Source: an uncultured Acidobacteriota bacterium
Lineage (GTDB): Bacteria > Acidobacteriota > Terriglobia > UBA7540
DNA length: 64,000 nucleotides
Assembly: GCA_963804995.1 (NCBI GenBank)
Contig: CAWDSK010000002.1
Coordinates: forward strand, 288,001 to 352,000
Direction of reading: 5' to 3'
Part shown: positions 19,000 through 30,267 of the stretch, one piece after another
Position numbering within the stretch: the first letter of the stretch is position 1
Layout of the letters: each line of letters begins with the position of its first letter
Made by a program: the position numbers and the translations under genes
Notes under the pieces: generated by a model
The model's database searches: none
Told to the model about the DNA's origin: nothing
What the model saw: the letters and a program-made list of their open reading frames with translations, nothing else

Positions 19000-21390
19000 C
19001 TAACCCTGTATCAACGCGATGGAAGATTGCATCACGTTGTCGGCCGTCGTGATTGCCTTGGCATTTGCCTCATAACCGCGTTCGGCCTGGATAAGTTGGG
19101 TGAATGCCGTGGCAATGTCCACGTTGGAAGCCTCCAGCGAGCCTCCGTCCAAGGTTCCACGGCCACCGCTTCCAGGTGTCCCCACGCTAGCAGCCCCGGA
19201 AGCCAAACTCGTTTGGTAGTCGTTCGACCCAAGGCGTGTCAGACCGTCGTAATTCGGGAAGGTTGCGAGCGCAATCTGGTCCAACGAAACAGTTTGGCCG
19301 TTAGAGAGAACCCCGTTGATCATCCCGGAAGAGTCGATGGTGTAGCTCTGCAAAGTTCCGGCGCTATAACCATTCTGATCTTTGGCAGATGTGGCAGAAG
19401 GTTCTGCCGTCTGGGTAATGACGGCATTCCCCGGTGAATTGTAGAGTTGCCAATTGATGGCCATGGTTTTGGCTCCATCAGCCAAATTACTGACGCTGAT
19501 TCCCGCCACGTCTGCTGAAGGCAGAACCAAATTCCCGGACGAGTCGAACTGTAACGTCCCGCTAGCCACTACTTGGGGGTTGCCCGCGGCCCCTACGTCC
19601 GCGGCAGGAATGGTGATCTGATAATTCCAAGTCCCGGCCGCTGACTTATTGAAATTGAAGTTCAGAACATGGCTATTGCCGAGGGAATCATAGACGGTCA
19701 TGGAGTCGCTGAACGTTCCTGCGTCGGCGCCTCCCGCCAGGTCTGCGGCCCCGAATGAACCGGTAATACCGGAGGCGGAATCCCAGGTGGTCGAGGTGAC
19801 CATGGCGTTGCCGCTTGCCCCACTATTAACTGCCTGAAGGTTGAGTGTGGTGGCATTAGAACTGAGGGCCGTAACCGAGGCGTTGGCGACGGTGTTCGGG
19901 CCGTAAGTCGTTCCCGCTGCCTGCCCTCCCACTCCTGACGCGTTGATGGCGCCCACCAGGTTGGCAAGGGTATGTGCGACGTCGGCTCCGATCAGAACGG
20001 TGTTCGGTGCGCTCGCGCCTGTGATGGAATTTTCGAAGGTGTAGGTCGTTCCGCCAATGTTAACAGTCTGGCCCTGGACCGGGAGAGGAACCGGCACGGT
20101 GAGCGCCCCGGTCGCCGTCACCGCGTTCACGCCTCCCGCCAGGTCGGCGCCCCCGAATGAACCGTTGGTCCAAGTGGTGGAGGTGCCGACATTGTTGCCC
20201 AATTGTCCAATGGGAACTGCCGTCAGGGTGAGCGAGGTGGCCGTAGGATTCGAGGCCGCGGCCGAGGCGTTGGCGCCGGCGACAGAAGCGATGTAGTCAG
20301 TGCCTGCATTCGGTCCCGCGTTGATGGCTTCCTCCAGGTGGGTAAGGGTATTCTGGACGCTTGCTGGGTCGATCAGAACGTCGTCGGGGTTGGCGAGGAC
20401 GGTCTGGAAGGTGTAGGCCCTTCCAGCGATGGTCACGGTCTGGCCCGCGGTGGGAACAGCCGACGCAGTAAGCGCCCCGGTCGCCTGCTGAACGGTCACG
20501 CCTCCCGTCAGGCCTGTCCCCCCGAATGAACCGCCAGTCCAGTTGGTCGTGGTGACATCGGTATTGCCGAGGGCCCCAGCATTTTTTGCTTGCAGGTTGA
20601 GTGCGGTGGCTGTGGAACCGGTGGCCGTAACTGAAGTGTTGGCAGCTATGGTGTTGGAGGAATAGGTAGTGCCTGCCCCCGCTCCCAAATTGATGGCGGC
20701 CATCAGGTTGGCAAGTGTCGATTGGACATCGGGTCCGATCAGCACAGTGTCTGCCGCACTTTGGGCCGTGAGGGCTGTAGCGAAAGTGTAGGGCGTTCCC
20801 CCAATGGTAACTGTCTGGCCCGCGGCCGGGAGCGCCAGCGGCACCGTAAGGGCCCCCGTTGCCGTCGCCAGCGAAGTGGCCGAGGCATCCAAGTTCATGT
20901 TCAGTTCCACGTTGGAGGTGGCGTTGGGGGGATAGCTCTGGCCGCTGGAAATGACGATCGGGGAGAGGACTTGGCTGGTGCTGATAGCACCGTTCACGGC
21001 GGTGTAGCCCATTACGTTGTTCCCATTGCTGTCCACAAGATTCCCTTGAGAATTCAAGCTGAAATTGCCCGCGCGGGTGTAAACCTGAGTGCCATTCTGA
21101 CTCAATATAAAGAGCCCGTTCCCTTGGATGGCAACGTCCGTAGGTACGCCCGTCGTGGAGATATTGCCTTGCGTAAGGGGCGATGAGACGGAACTCATCG
21201 TGGTGCCCACTCCCACTTGCACCGGGTCACCGGCCCCGTCTGTGCCCAACATCTGGTAGAACAAGTCGCTGAAAATGGGGGTCCCCGTCTTGAATGCGGT
21301 GGTGTTCAGGTTGGACAAATCATTAGAAATAACCGAGAGGGCCTGTTCCTCGGCATTGAGACCGGAAAGTGACGTGGAAAACGATGACAT
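19000..21390 (-). CDS. flgE: Flagellar hook protein FlgE, enlarged (about 796 aa) by three internal repeats
   Basis: SLSGL...VISNDLSNLNTTAFK, YTRAGNF, LEASNVDIATAFTQLIQAERGYEANAK; SD aggag upstream of ATG 21390. Confidence 0.92.
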   Translation of the reverse strand: MSSFSTSLSGLNAEEQALSVISNDLSNLNTTAFKTGTPIFSDLFYQMLGTDGAGDPVQVGVGTTMSSVSSPLTQGNISTTGVPTDVAIQGNGLFILSQNGTQVYTRAGNFSLNSQGNLVDSNGNNVMGYTAVNGAISTSQVLSPIVISSGQSYPPNATSNVELNMNLDASATSLATATGALTVPLALPAAGQTVTIGGTPYTFATALTAQSAADTVLIGPDVQSTLANLMAAINLGAGAGTTYSSNTIAANTSVTATGSTATALNLQAKNAGALGNTDVTTTNWTGGSFGGTGLTGGVTVQQATGALTASAVPTAGQTVTIAGRAYTFQTVLANPDDVLIDPASVQNTLTHLEEAINAGPNAGTDYIASVAGANASAAASNPTATSLTLTAVPIGQLGNNVGTSTTWTNGSFGGADLAGGVNAVTATGALTVPVPLPVQGQTVNIGGTTYTFENSITGASAPNTVLIGADVAHTLANLVGAINASGVGGQAAGTTYGPNTVANASVTALSSNATTLNLQAVNSGASGNAMVTSTTWDSASGITGSFGAADLAGGADAGTFSDSMTVYDSLGNSHVLNFNFNKSAAGTWNYQITIPAADVGAAGNPQVVASGTLQFDSSGNLVLPSADVAGISVSNLADGAKTMAINWQLYNSPGNAVITQTAEPSATSAKDQNGYSAGTLQSYTIDSSGMINGVLSNGQTVSLDQIALATFPNYDGLTRLGSNDYQTSLASGAASVGTPGSGGRGTLDGGSLEASNVDIATAFTQLIQAERGYEANAKAITTADNVMQSSIALIQG

Positions 21391-21418
21391 GTTTCTCCTC
21401 CTAATTCGATGTGGGCGT

Positions 21419-21703
21419 CTAACTCGAGGTCGTTGCCGAGGTGGCATACTGCTGCACGACCTGGTTGATATCTGTCACTTGCTCGAGTTGGTTCAACTGA
21501 ACAAGCTGCGACATGAAAGTTGTGGGATCCATAGGTTGCGTCGGATCCTGGTTTTGGATTTCTGCAACCAATAGGGTCATGAAATCGTTGGGATTCACAC
21601 CACTGGTAGAGCTCGAAGAACTGGATGACCCTGAACTGTTAGTGCCATTAGTGTTCGTCGTCGCCGCGTATGCGTGAAGACCATTTATCGTCATCGGTAT
21701 CAT
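21419..21703 (-). CDS. flgD: Hook capping protein FlgD (short form)
   Basis: DFMTLLVAEIQNQDPTQPMDPTTFMSQLVQLNQLEQ. Confidence 0.9.
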   Translation of the reverse strand: MIPMTINGLHAYAATTNTNGTNSSGSSSSSSSTSGVNPNDFMTLLVAEIQNQDPTQPMDPTTFMSQLVQLNQLEQVTDINQVVQQYATSATTSS

Positions 21704-21719
21704 TCTCCTTCGGCTCCGG

Positions 21720-24003
21720 CTAAGCCCGAACACTCAGACCGGCTGCCGGATCTGTTGATTCCTCACTCTCCGAAGAACTTCTCGCCGCGCTGCGGGATTG
21801 CGGCGGGTTGTCCCACGGCAGAACTTGATGCTGCGGTGAAGGGGAAGAGCCTGACTGCTGATCGTGCTTCTCCCCCCCGTTCATTCCTCCACCTACGTGA
21901 TCCTGGTAAACGGCAAGGTTTCCCACGCGCAAGTTCCGTTCTCCCAGCGCATGCTTCGAGCGAAGGTAAGCCTGCCGTCAGCAGCGTGTGGGCTTCTTGA
22001 CCCTCGACATGAATCTCCGCCCCCACGGACCCTTCGTGCACGATGGCGCGAACATCCAAGGGGCCCAAGGTGCCAGAGCGAAGCTCCACATGCATTTCCG
22101 CGCCATTGACAGAATCACTGAGCGACGCCGACCGCACAATTTTGCCTGCGCCGCCGTCGTAGTTCTGCCAGGCTGAGAGTGTTGCGGCCGGCTGGCTGGA
22201 AGACCGTGGGGCTTGGGGGGCTGAGTTATCGGCATGGGTCAAGGGAACGCTGGGTGCATGAGCCGTGAGGAGATTCGTGGTCGCATCGGGGGCCGCCAGG
22301 TTGTTGGCGAGGCTGGGAACAACTGCTGGGATGCCTGTAGGATTGTCTCCTGACCCTGGCCCGCCTTGTTGCCCGGATTTCCCATGGTCACTCGTCGATG
22401 GGTCCGAAAGGTTGGAGTGGACCGCGCTATCACCTGAACTGGCAGACACTGCGCCACTGGGCGGAATCCCGTTGGCCTCCGGAGCTGCGTTATTCTGCAA
22501 AATTGTTGCCGGCGTGGCAGGTTGCGAATTCGCGTCGGATGGCGGGACTGTAGCACCGCTTTTAGCTGTGAGGATTGAGTCGCGCAGGTCCGTGGGCTCC
22601 ACCCCGGGGGCCTTCTGCAAGGCAGGATCCAGAGCCGAAGCGTTGGAAAGCGGCCCGGAATGCCCCTCCCCCTTCTCCGGATGGCCGCCAAGGGTTTCAG
22701 GTTTGGTGGTGAGCTGACTCTGGGGAGAGCTGGCCAACACCTGGACCGGTTCACCGCTGGCAGGCACAGCCGTCACCGGGGAACTCACCGGGCTGGCTGT
22801 CTCCGCCACTGCGGGCCGTCCCGACTTAGTTTCCGGGACCTGGAGATTCACCTCTGCTCCCGCGAATTTTGCCAGCCAACTTGACACCTCGGCTAAATCA
22901 GAGGTAACAGGCCGTGCGAATTCAGGCAGGGGCGAAGCGAGTTCCGTGGCCGCAAGGGGCACAGGCGGTTCGAGGGGAGATGCAGACACCGAGGTGCTAC
23001 CTTGAGCCACGGGCGCCGGAGTGGACACTGGCGCGGCTGGCACCGGGACAGGCCTCTGCTGTTCCGGTTGCGTCGAAGGCTGGTCGCCAGGAAGTTGAGG
23101 GAGCGCAGGTGGTGCGGGCACCGTGTTCAGAGTCGCCTGCGTTGGCAGGGGTGTGTTTCGTTCTGAGAAGGGCAGAGACCTCTCCGTTCCCGTTAAGGCT
23201 TGCGATGCATGGCTGGGCACGGGCCCGGTGACTTCTTGGGCGCGGACCCCATTCGGCTCTTTCGACTGGGAAGCTGGCACAGCTAGATTGGGCGCACTCT
23301 TGAACCCCTGAGTTGCTGCGGGGGAGAGTGCCTCTACGATCTGTGGTCCGACAGGCCCGTTCGGGGCAGGGAGTTCCTGAATCTCCGGAGTGCTCACCGG
23401 TGTTGTCATCATCGGCTGAGGGGAAGGAGCGGGGCCCTCTCGATTTGGACCGTCCGTCGGGATTTGTCTCGCGCCGGGCGCAAGCGGCTTTGACGGCTCC
23501 GAGTTGCCTGTCTCTACCTTCCCAACGACCTTACCGACCCTGCCCGAAAGAGTATTCAGGTTAGCCACGCCTGGCAGGGCCGTCGAGGCAGTGGCTGCTC
23601 CCACGTATTGGCCTGGCTCGTCCGCGGAGGAAGCCGGTAGAGTCGTTGCGGAAGTGGACTGAGTGGCAGGCGCGACACCAACCTGGCTAGGAAGAGGCTG
23701 GTTGACCTGGGTGCCCGAGGCAACAGTCGGTGCGGGTTGGCCAGAGCTCGCGACGAACCAACTCAACAAGAGCCCCGCCATCGTGGAGAAGTCGCTCAGG
23801 GAGTTGTCCGTGGGAGGTTTCTGACGCGGTGAGGCCTTCGGATCGCTGCTCGGTGCGTCCAGGATTGGGGTCGGCTCGGCACCCAAGGCACGGCCAAGCG
23901 TCAACGAGAATGACTCACCCCCAGCCGGGACTCCGCCAAGTCCGCCGGAAGCGGGAGGCGTTGGAGTGCTTGCACCTGCGGGTTGAACAAGAGGGGTTTC
24001 CAT
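21720..24003 (-). CDS. fliK: Hook-length control protein FliK-like; apparent +1 frameshift at about 21956
   Basis: Pro/Ser/Ala-rich with C-terminal MHVELRSGTLGPLDVRA...LPSLE; removing one base gives HALGERNLRVGNLAV; lies between fliJ and flgD. Confidence 0.75.
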
Positions 24004-24201
24004 AAGAGCATCGGCCCGTTGGGCCACCGACCTAGGAGCAGGAGTAACGCCAAACACGTTTTCGTCAACGGGAATGCGCCCAGAGCCTGAATCTCCTTGA
24101 GAACTAAAGTAATTTCGATCTGGGCCGAACTAAGGGCGTAGAGGATTTGCTGCGGTCGGACTGTCTGGAGAGGAAATGTTTGCCGATTGACTGGGCAACA
24201 A

Positions 24202-24648
24202 CTAGCTGGATGCCTGCCCGGAATGCACCATGAGGAACCTATCGTCCATCTGTTGTTGCTCTCGCCGGTCTCGAATCAGGCGGTAGGCTGCAAACTGCCG
24301 GTCCCGAAGGTTTTCCAGAATTTTACGCCCCTGCTGGGCTTTGCGGAACGCCTCGAGCTGGCGAACTCGCAACTCCTCGAGTTTCAAGACGTGTTCTCTT
24401 ATTGCCACGATTCGCCGGGCGCGCGCCCGGTCACACGCCATCTCGAATTGAAGTTCGGCTACCCGTAGACCGAGACGCAGCTTTTGCCTTAACTCTCCCA
24501 CGGCCCTAACCCTTTCCTGCTTTGCTTCCTCGCCTTGCTGGCGCGCCTTCGCAACCTCGCGGGTGATGACTTGCAGCCGCAGACGCTCACGACGCTCGAA
24601 GCTTTCGCGATAGCGGAGCACGGCTTGTAAGGAGAAGTGAAATGCCAT
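24202..24648 (-). CDS. fliJ: Flagellar export chaperone FliJ
   Basis: MAFHFSLQAVLRYRE...RREQQQMDD; downstream of fliI. Confidence 0.85.
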   Translation of the reverse strand: MAFHFSLQAVLRYRESFERRERLRLQVITREVAKARQQGEEAKQERVRAVGELRQKLRLGLRVAELQFEMACDRARARRIVAIREHVLKLEELRVRQLEAFRKAQQGRKILENLRDRQFAAYRLIRDRREQQQMDDRFLMVHSGQASS

Positions 24649-24655
24649 GGGTTAG

Positions 24656-25969
24656 TTAGCCAGGCAGCGACTGGAGGGCAGCCAGGGTTTGAGCGAGGGA
24701 AGCCTTCTCATCGCCCCTCTGTTGAAGAAAAGCGGTCAGAGCCGGAAGAACCTCGATGGCCTTATCGAGGGCGGCGTCCAGGCCTTTCTGGTACGCGCCC
24801 ACGCGGATCAAATCTTCGGACGCCGTGTAAGCTGCCAGTAGTTTCCGTAGACGCCGTGCCTTTTCGAGATGCTCAGGCGTGCAAACGGCGGGCATCAAAC
24901 GGCTCAGGCTATCCAGGATAGAGATAGACGGGTAATGGTTCTGGGCGCTCAGGCGGCGATCCAGTACGATGTGGCCATCCAGCAGTGCGCGGACGGCATC
25001 CACCAAAGGATCTTGTTGATCGTCACCTTCCATGAGCACGGTGTAGAAAGCCGTGATGCTTCCGGCGTTGAAGTGGCCGGCGCGTTCAATCAATTGCGCC
25101 AGCAAAGTGAAAACCGAGGGCGTGTAGCCTTTCGCCGTAGGGGGCTCACCGGCGGCCAGCCCGATTTCACGTTGGGCCATGGCGAAGCGCGTCAAAGAAT
25201 CGACCACCAGTAATACGGTCTTGCCCTGGGCGGCAAAATATTCAGAGACGGCTGTCGCCACCAGCGCCGCGCGGATACGGAGCAGGGGCGACTGGTCCGA
25301 GGTCGAGACCACGACAACCGAGCGCCTCAAGCCTTCTTCGCCCAGGGTTCCCTCCAGAAACTCCCGCACCTCGCGGCCGCGCTCGCCGACCAGTGCCATC
25401 ACGGTCACGTCGGCCGAGCTGCCGCGGGCCATCAACCCCAGCAGAGTGCTTTTTCCAACCCCGCTGCCCCCGAAGACGCCCACTCTCTGCCCACGCCCGC
25501 AGGTTAGGAAGGCGTCAATGGCGCGCACCCCGCAACCGAGCGGTTCGCGGATGGACAGCCGATCAAGCGGCAAGGGGCCGGGAGAGTGGAGGGGCCAGTA
25601 ATCCATGGCTCGGTAGTCCGGACGGGAATCCAGCGGCCTACCCACCCCGTCAATGACCCGACCCAGCAACTCTTCCCCCACCCGCAAGGTGGGCTTGGCG
25701 CCCCAAGTGACGATTCGATCCCCATAGCGGATGTCGCTCAGCCTGTCCAGAGGCATGGAGAGCACCGTGCTGCCGCGGAATCCCACCACTTCTCCGGCGC
25801 GGGCTTGACCCGTCGGGCCCAAGACCTCACAGCATTCCCCCAGAGAACAAAAGGGTCCTTCCGACTCCACGATGTGACCCACCGCTTTCGTGACTCGACC
25901 GAACCAGCGTGCCGTGGAGAGGCTCTCTAACCGACGGAAATAGGGGGCCAGAAGGGAGGGGCTATTCAT
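24656..25969 (-). CDS. fliI: Flagellar export ATPase FliI
   Basis: GGSGVGKS, GERGREVREF, DSLTRFAMAQREIG, LDGHIVLDR. Confidence 0.96.
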   Translation of the reverse strand: MNSPSLLAPYFRRLESLSTARWFGRVTKAVGHIVESEGPFCSLGECCEVLGPTGQARAGEVVGFRGSTVLSMPLDRLSDIRYGDRIVTWGAKPTLRVGEELLGRVIDGVGRPLDSRPDYRAMDYWPLHSPGPLPLDRLSIREPLGCGVRAIDAFLTCGRGQRVGVFGGSGVGKSTLLGLMARGSSADVTVMALVGERGREVREFLEGTLGEEGLRRSVVVVSTSDQSPLLRIRAALVATAVSEYFAAQGKTVLLVVDSLTRFAMAQREIGLAAGEPPTAKGYTPSVFTLLAQLIERAGHFNAGSITAFYTVLMEGDDQQDPLVDAVRALLDGHIVLDRRLSAQNHYPSISILDSLSRLMPAVCTPEHLEKARRLRKLLAAYTASEDLIRVGAYQKGLDAALDKAIEVLPALTAFLQQRGDEKASLAQTLAALQSLPG

Positions 25970-26671
25970 GCGGCTTTTTGTGGCCTCTGCGCCAGCAAAT
26001 CAAAGAAGCCCTGCTCGATTTCTTTGAGTTGGGCATCCAGAGTCAAATCGGTCGAGCCCAGTTCAGTTTCCAGGCGGCATTGCCCGGGTCCCAACGTCGT
26101 ATCCCCCATCAGCTCCGGAACAGATTGGAGGTCGGGTTGTTGGGCAAAGAATTGCTGCCAGATCTGGATTTGGTCCGGATGAACTCGCAACCTGACATGG
26201 GTTCCCGCGGCTACTTTGTTCGAGCCCGACACGTACGACTCCCGCCAGCAGCAGAGGATCAACCTGCGCTTCCCGATGCAGGATCTTCCGGGCGATCGCG
26301 AGGGCTAAACCTACTACCTCTGCTTCCACCCGGCCGAAGTAAGTCTCGCGCTCGCGCATAAACTCGCGAATTGCCTGGGCCAACTTTTCACGCTCGGCTG
26401 ACAACCCCTTCTCGTATTCCGCCCGCGTCTTGGCCGCCGCTTCCTCCCACCCTTGCTTGCGGGCACAGGCTTCACGCGCTCGAATCTGCTCCTCGCTGGG
26501 AGCCTGCGAAACCGAGCCTCTTGCTTCTGAACCCCAAAGGCTTTCCAGAGTGGAAGAGTTGCCAGGCGATGAAGCAGGCTTCGCTGCGCCGGGAGCGAGG
26601 GGAGGCGGGTAAACATAATCTTGCGGTTGCGCCCCCGCTTCGTTGATGGCGGGGTTGGGATCAGACCACAT
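25966..26671 (-). CDS. fliH: FliH; apparent +1 frameshift at about 26220
   Basis: Two ORFs join as VVRVGL-D-KVAAGTHVRLRVHP...CRLETELG if one A is removed; lies between fliG and fliI. Confidence 0.85.
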
Positions 26672-27707
26672 ACGCGTCATCTCCAAAACTCTTCAGTGTC
26701 AGTTTCCCATCCGCCTCGAGCTTGCGCGCGTGATGCACAACTTCTTGCTGTGCTTGGGCCACCTGGCGGGAGCGGACGGGCCCGAGCGCCTCCATATCTT
26801 CCTTCATCATCTGGACAGCGCGTGAAGACATGGTCTTGTATATGTGGTTCTTCATCTCTTCCGAAGCACCCTTCAAGGCCAGACACAATGTCTTTTTGTC
26901 AAGGTTACTAAGCAACTCCCTGATGCTCCCTTCCGGTACCGTGAGGAGGTCTTCAAAGGTAAACATCAGGTTGCGAATCTTGAGGCCCAGGTTGGGGTCG
27001 TCCTGCTCGATAGCCTCCAGAATGGTCTTGGCGACGGACGGCTCAATCCGGTTAAGCAGATCTGAAACCGCCTTGACGCCGCCATAGGCGCGGCGGTTTT
27101 GCTCGCCCAGCGCCTTGAGCTTCTTGTTGAGCACCACGGAGATCTTTTGGACCATTTCGGGAGAGAACTGGTGCATTTCCGCGAGTCGCCGAATAACTTC
27201 GGCCTGCGTTTTGTCCGGCAAAAGCAGGAGGACCGCGGACGCCGACCGCATGCCCATGTGGGCCAGAACCAGCGCGATCGTCTGGGGATGCTCGCCTTCC
27301 ACAAACATCACCAACTGTTGGGGGTCGGCTTTTTGCAGCGAATCTAAAGTGGCGTTCCGGGCCTCCTGATAATGCATCACCTCTTCGAGCAAGTGCTGGG
27401 CGCCTTCATCTCCAAAGGCTTTCACCAGCAGTTGCTTGGCATAATCGGACCCGCCCTGGGTGAGGTACTCTTGCGTGATGCTCAGGCGGTGGTATTCCTG
27501 AAGAACCTGGCCGGCGATTTGGGGAGAAATGTATTCGAGGCCGGAGATTTCTTCCGTAAGCATCTGAACTTCTTCTTGGGGGAGGTTCCGATACACCAGG
27601 CTGGCCGCCTCGTCTCCCAGCAGCACTAGAAGAATGGCCGCCTTGCGAACTCCGGTCAGATTCGACTGCTCCGCTGTGGCCTTGGCGAATTGCGTAGCCT
27701 CGCTCAT
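26661..27707 (-). CDS. fliG: Flagellar motor switch protein FliG
   Basis: KAAILLVLLG, EHPQTIAL, MFTFEDL, MSSRAV. Confidence 0.96.
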   Translation of the reverse strand: MSEATQFAKATAEQSNLTGVRKAAILLVLLGDEAASLVYRNLPQEEVQMLTEEISGLEYISPQIAGQVLQEYHRLSITQEYLTQGGSDYAKQLLVKAFGDEGAQHLLEEVMHYQEARNATLDSLQKADPQQLVMFVEGEHPQTIALVLAHMGMRSASAVLLLLPDKTQAEVIRRLAEMHQFSPEMVQKISVVLNKKLKALGEQNRRAYGGVKAVSDLLNRIEPSVAKTILEAIEQDDPNLGLKIRNLMFTFEDLLTVPEGSIRELLSNLDKKTLCLALKGASEEMKNHIYKTMSSRAVQMMKEDMEALGPVRSRQVAQAQQEVVHHARKLEADGKLTLKSFGDDAYVV

Positions 27708-29374
27708 ATCTTCGTCTCCTGCCGCATCCAGTTTTGGATCAGGCGACTGGCGGTTGCAGGTTCCTTCTTAACCTTCTCCAGCAGATTCTTCTTCAGCGCG
27801 ACAGCTTGTTTAACCTCGCTCGGTGACCCTTCCAGTTGAAGTGGAGCAGAACCGTCCAGTCCTGCCGCATCTTCTCCTCCTGCTACACCTTCGGCGCCAC
27901 CCTCTCTAAGCGCAACCTTGCCACTCTTGGACGTTCCGATTTGCTTGGGAAGCTCCCGCAAAGTGGTCACAATCTGTCGCTTGATAGGCCGCAAGATCAG
28001 AGCGTAGACCAGCAGAAACAGGGCGGCGAGCGCTCCGTAGCGAACCACATTAATCCACTTGTCCACCATGGGAACCACCCGCTCAGTCAAAGTGGGCGGC
28101 GGTGGAGATTCCAAAGGAAGCGTCTGGAAAGAAAGGTTTTCGACTGCCAGCTTGTCCCCCCGCGTGGCGTCAAGACCAATTGCCGCGGTGACCAGTTCCT
28201 GGATCTGCTTCATCTCTTCCGGCGTCCGCTTGCGGCGCGTTTCCACCTTCTGCCCGTTGTCTTCCTTGGTTTCCACCGCGTCGTCGACAAGCACGGCGGC
28301 GGCAAGGCGCTTCAGGCTTCCTGCGGGTTGCACCACGTGGCGGACGGTTTTGCTGACTGCGAACGTTTTGCTTTCCGTGCGCATGCCTTGCGTCTGCGCA
28401 GCTAGGGTAGCGGGGGGCTTGGTACCTGTCGCCGCCTGTTTTCCCGGAACGTTGGAGGGGGTTCCCGGAACTCCCCCCGCGTCGGTCTCGCCCTCACGTT
28501 CATCGGAGATCTGGGAGGTGAGGACCACGGTAGCGTTCGGGTCATAGGTTTCCTGCGTGCTGTCGCTGGTGGTGAGGTCATATTCCACCGTGACATTGGC
28601 GCGGGCCTTGCCCGGCCCCACCACCGGCTCCAAGGTAGCGATGACCTTGTGGGAAAGAGCCGTCTCGAAATCTGCCCACTGCCGGGAACGGTTTGCCGAA
28701 CCCCCGCTGCGCGCCAGGATCGGCGTGCCGCCATCGGCATTAATCAAAGTGACGTTTTCAGGCTTCAGGTTATCGACGGCACTGGCCACGAGGTGCGTGA
28801 TAGCTTCCTGGGCGTCGTCCCCCAGTCGCCCGCCTCGGAGCCTGATCACCACCGAGGCCTTGGCCTCGCGTTCCTGTTCAGTGAAGAGCGATTCGTGGGG
28901 CAGAACCAGGTGCACGCGCGCTGCCTCAATCTCACCGATGGTTTGGATGGTTCGCTCCAGCTCGCCTTCGAGCGCCCGCTGATAATTGACCTTCTCGGCA
29001 AAATCGCTGCCGGACCAGTTAGGCTTGTCGAAGAGTTCGAAGCCAAGCCTTCCCGTTTGCGGCATTCCCTCGGCTGCCATGTCGAGTCGCGCCTTATCAA
29101 GCTGATTGGCAGGGACGCGGATACTGCTCCCGTCGCTCGCCAACTCGTACGGGACGTTCTTGTCAGCCAACCGCCGCGCCAGGGATTGCGCATCGCTCGG
29201 TGACAAGCCCGAATAGAGCGTCTTGTAATCGGCTTTCCCCAGAAGAGTGACAAACGCCCAGAGCGTTCCCGCCACGACCGCCGCTCCCACCACCAAGCCG
29301 GCTTTTTGGCGGAGGGTCAGACCCCGAAAGAAAGTGCTGACTTGATTCGTGATTTGGTCCGCAGTCGCAGCCAT
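27704..29374 (-). CDS. fliF: Flagellar M-ring protein FliF
   Basis: GFELFDK, YQRALEGELERTI, ARVHLVLP, KASVV. Confidence 0.96.
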   Translation of the reverse strand: MAATADQITNQVSTFFRGLTLRQKAGLVVGAAVVAGTLWAFVTLLGKADYKTLYSGLSPSDAQSLARRLADKNVPYELASDGSSIRVPANQLDKARLDMAAEGMPQTGRLGFELFDKPNWSGSDFAEKVNYQRALEGELERTIQTIGEIEAARVHLVLPHESLFTEQEREAKASVVIRLRGGRLGDDAQEAITHLVASAVDNLKPENVTLINADGGTPILARSGGSANRSRQWADFETALSHKVIATLEPVVGPGKARANVTVEYDLTTSDSTQETYDPNATVVLTSQISDEREGETDAGGVPGTPSNVPGKQAATGTKPPATLAAQTQGMRTESKTFAVSKTVRHVVQPAGSLKRLAAAVLVDDAVETKEDNGQKVETRRKRTPEEMKQIQELVTAAIGLDATRGDKLAVENLSFQTLPLESPPPPTLTERVVPMVDKWINVVRYGALAALFLLVYALILRPIKRQIVTTLRELPKQIGTSKSGKVALREGGAEGVAGGEDAAGLDGSAPLQLEGSPSEVKQAVALKKNLLEKVKKEPATASRLIQNWMRQETKI

Positions 29375-29385
29375 ACTCTACTTAC

Positions 29386-29685
29386 TCAAAAAGCCATCTG
29401 GGAGACTTGCTGGTAAGCCTGCACGATCTTGTTGCGTACCTGCATCATCAACTGAAAGGAGAGATCCGCTTTCTCGACAGCAATCATGGCCGCATGCAGA
29501 TCCTGCCCGCTGCCCTGCAGAACGTCAGCCACCTGCTGCTCGGCCCCCGACTGCAACTCTCCGGCTTTGTCGATGGCGCTTTCCAGGGTGTGAAAGAAAT
29601 CCGTCCCGCCGCTGGAGGGCTTGCTGACCTCCAGTTGGACATTTCCCCAGTCGATTTTCGGCAAACTTGCGATCGGGTTCCCCAC
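29386..29685 (-). CDS. fliE: Hook-basal body protein FliE
   Basis: MIAVEKADLSFQLMMQVRNKIVQAYQQVSQM. Confidence 0.93.
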   Translation of the reverse strand: MGNPIASLPKIDWGNVQLEVSKPSSGGTDFFHTLESAIDKAGELQSGAEQQVADVLQGSGQDLHAAMIAVEKADLSFQLMMQVRNKIVQAYQQVSQMAF

Positions 29686-29822
29686 AGCCTTATACCTCCC
29701 GGCGCGCCTTCCGCAGCTAGTGCCAGTCCAACTTATTGAAGCTACGTATTCCGCTCTTCTGTTTCACGGTATCGACTTGCCATCGGGCTTATACGAATTC
29801 GTCACAAAAAGTTGGACCGGTA

Positions 29823-30263
29823 CTAGGTCAAGATCTGAATCGATTCCGAGATCATGGATTTGGTGGCTTGGGTTGCCGCCACATTAAGCTGGTAAGCCTG
29901 GGCAGCCCCCATCAGGTTCACCATCTCCTCCACCGGGTTAATGTCCGGAAAAGAGACATAGCCCTGGGCGTCGGCGTCCGGATGACCAGGTTCATAGCGC
30001 CGTATGGGGGGCGCCTTGTCTTGCACCACCTCCGCTACTTTCACACCCCGCACTTGCAGATCACCGAGCCGCGTCAGAGTGTGAGCAAAGTTCGCGGGGT
30101 TCGGCCGGCCGGTCCCAAAGACCACAAGCTGTCTTTTGTAGGGACCCCCCTTGGGCGTACGGGTGGTTTCCGCATTTGCCATGTTGCTGGCCACAACCTC
30201 CGCCCGGGCGCGTTCGGCGGTCAGAGCAGAGGCATTAATGTCAAGAACTCCAAAAAGGTTCAT
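29823..30263 (-). CDS. flgC: Basal-body rod protein FlgC
   Basis: ASNMANAETT, YEPGHPDADAQGYV, EEMVNLM. Confidence 0.95.
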   Translation of the reverse strand: MNLFGVLDINASALTAERARAEVVASNMANAETTRTPKGGPYKRQLVVFGTGRPNPANFAHTLTRLGDLQVRGVKVAEVVQDKAPPIRRYEPGHPDADAQGYVSFPDINPVEEMVNLMGAAQAYQLNVAATQATKSMISESIQILT

Positions 30264-30267
30264 GGTC

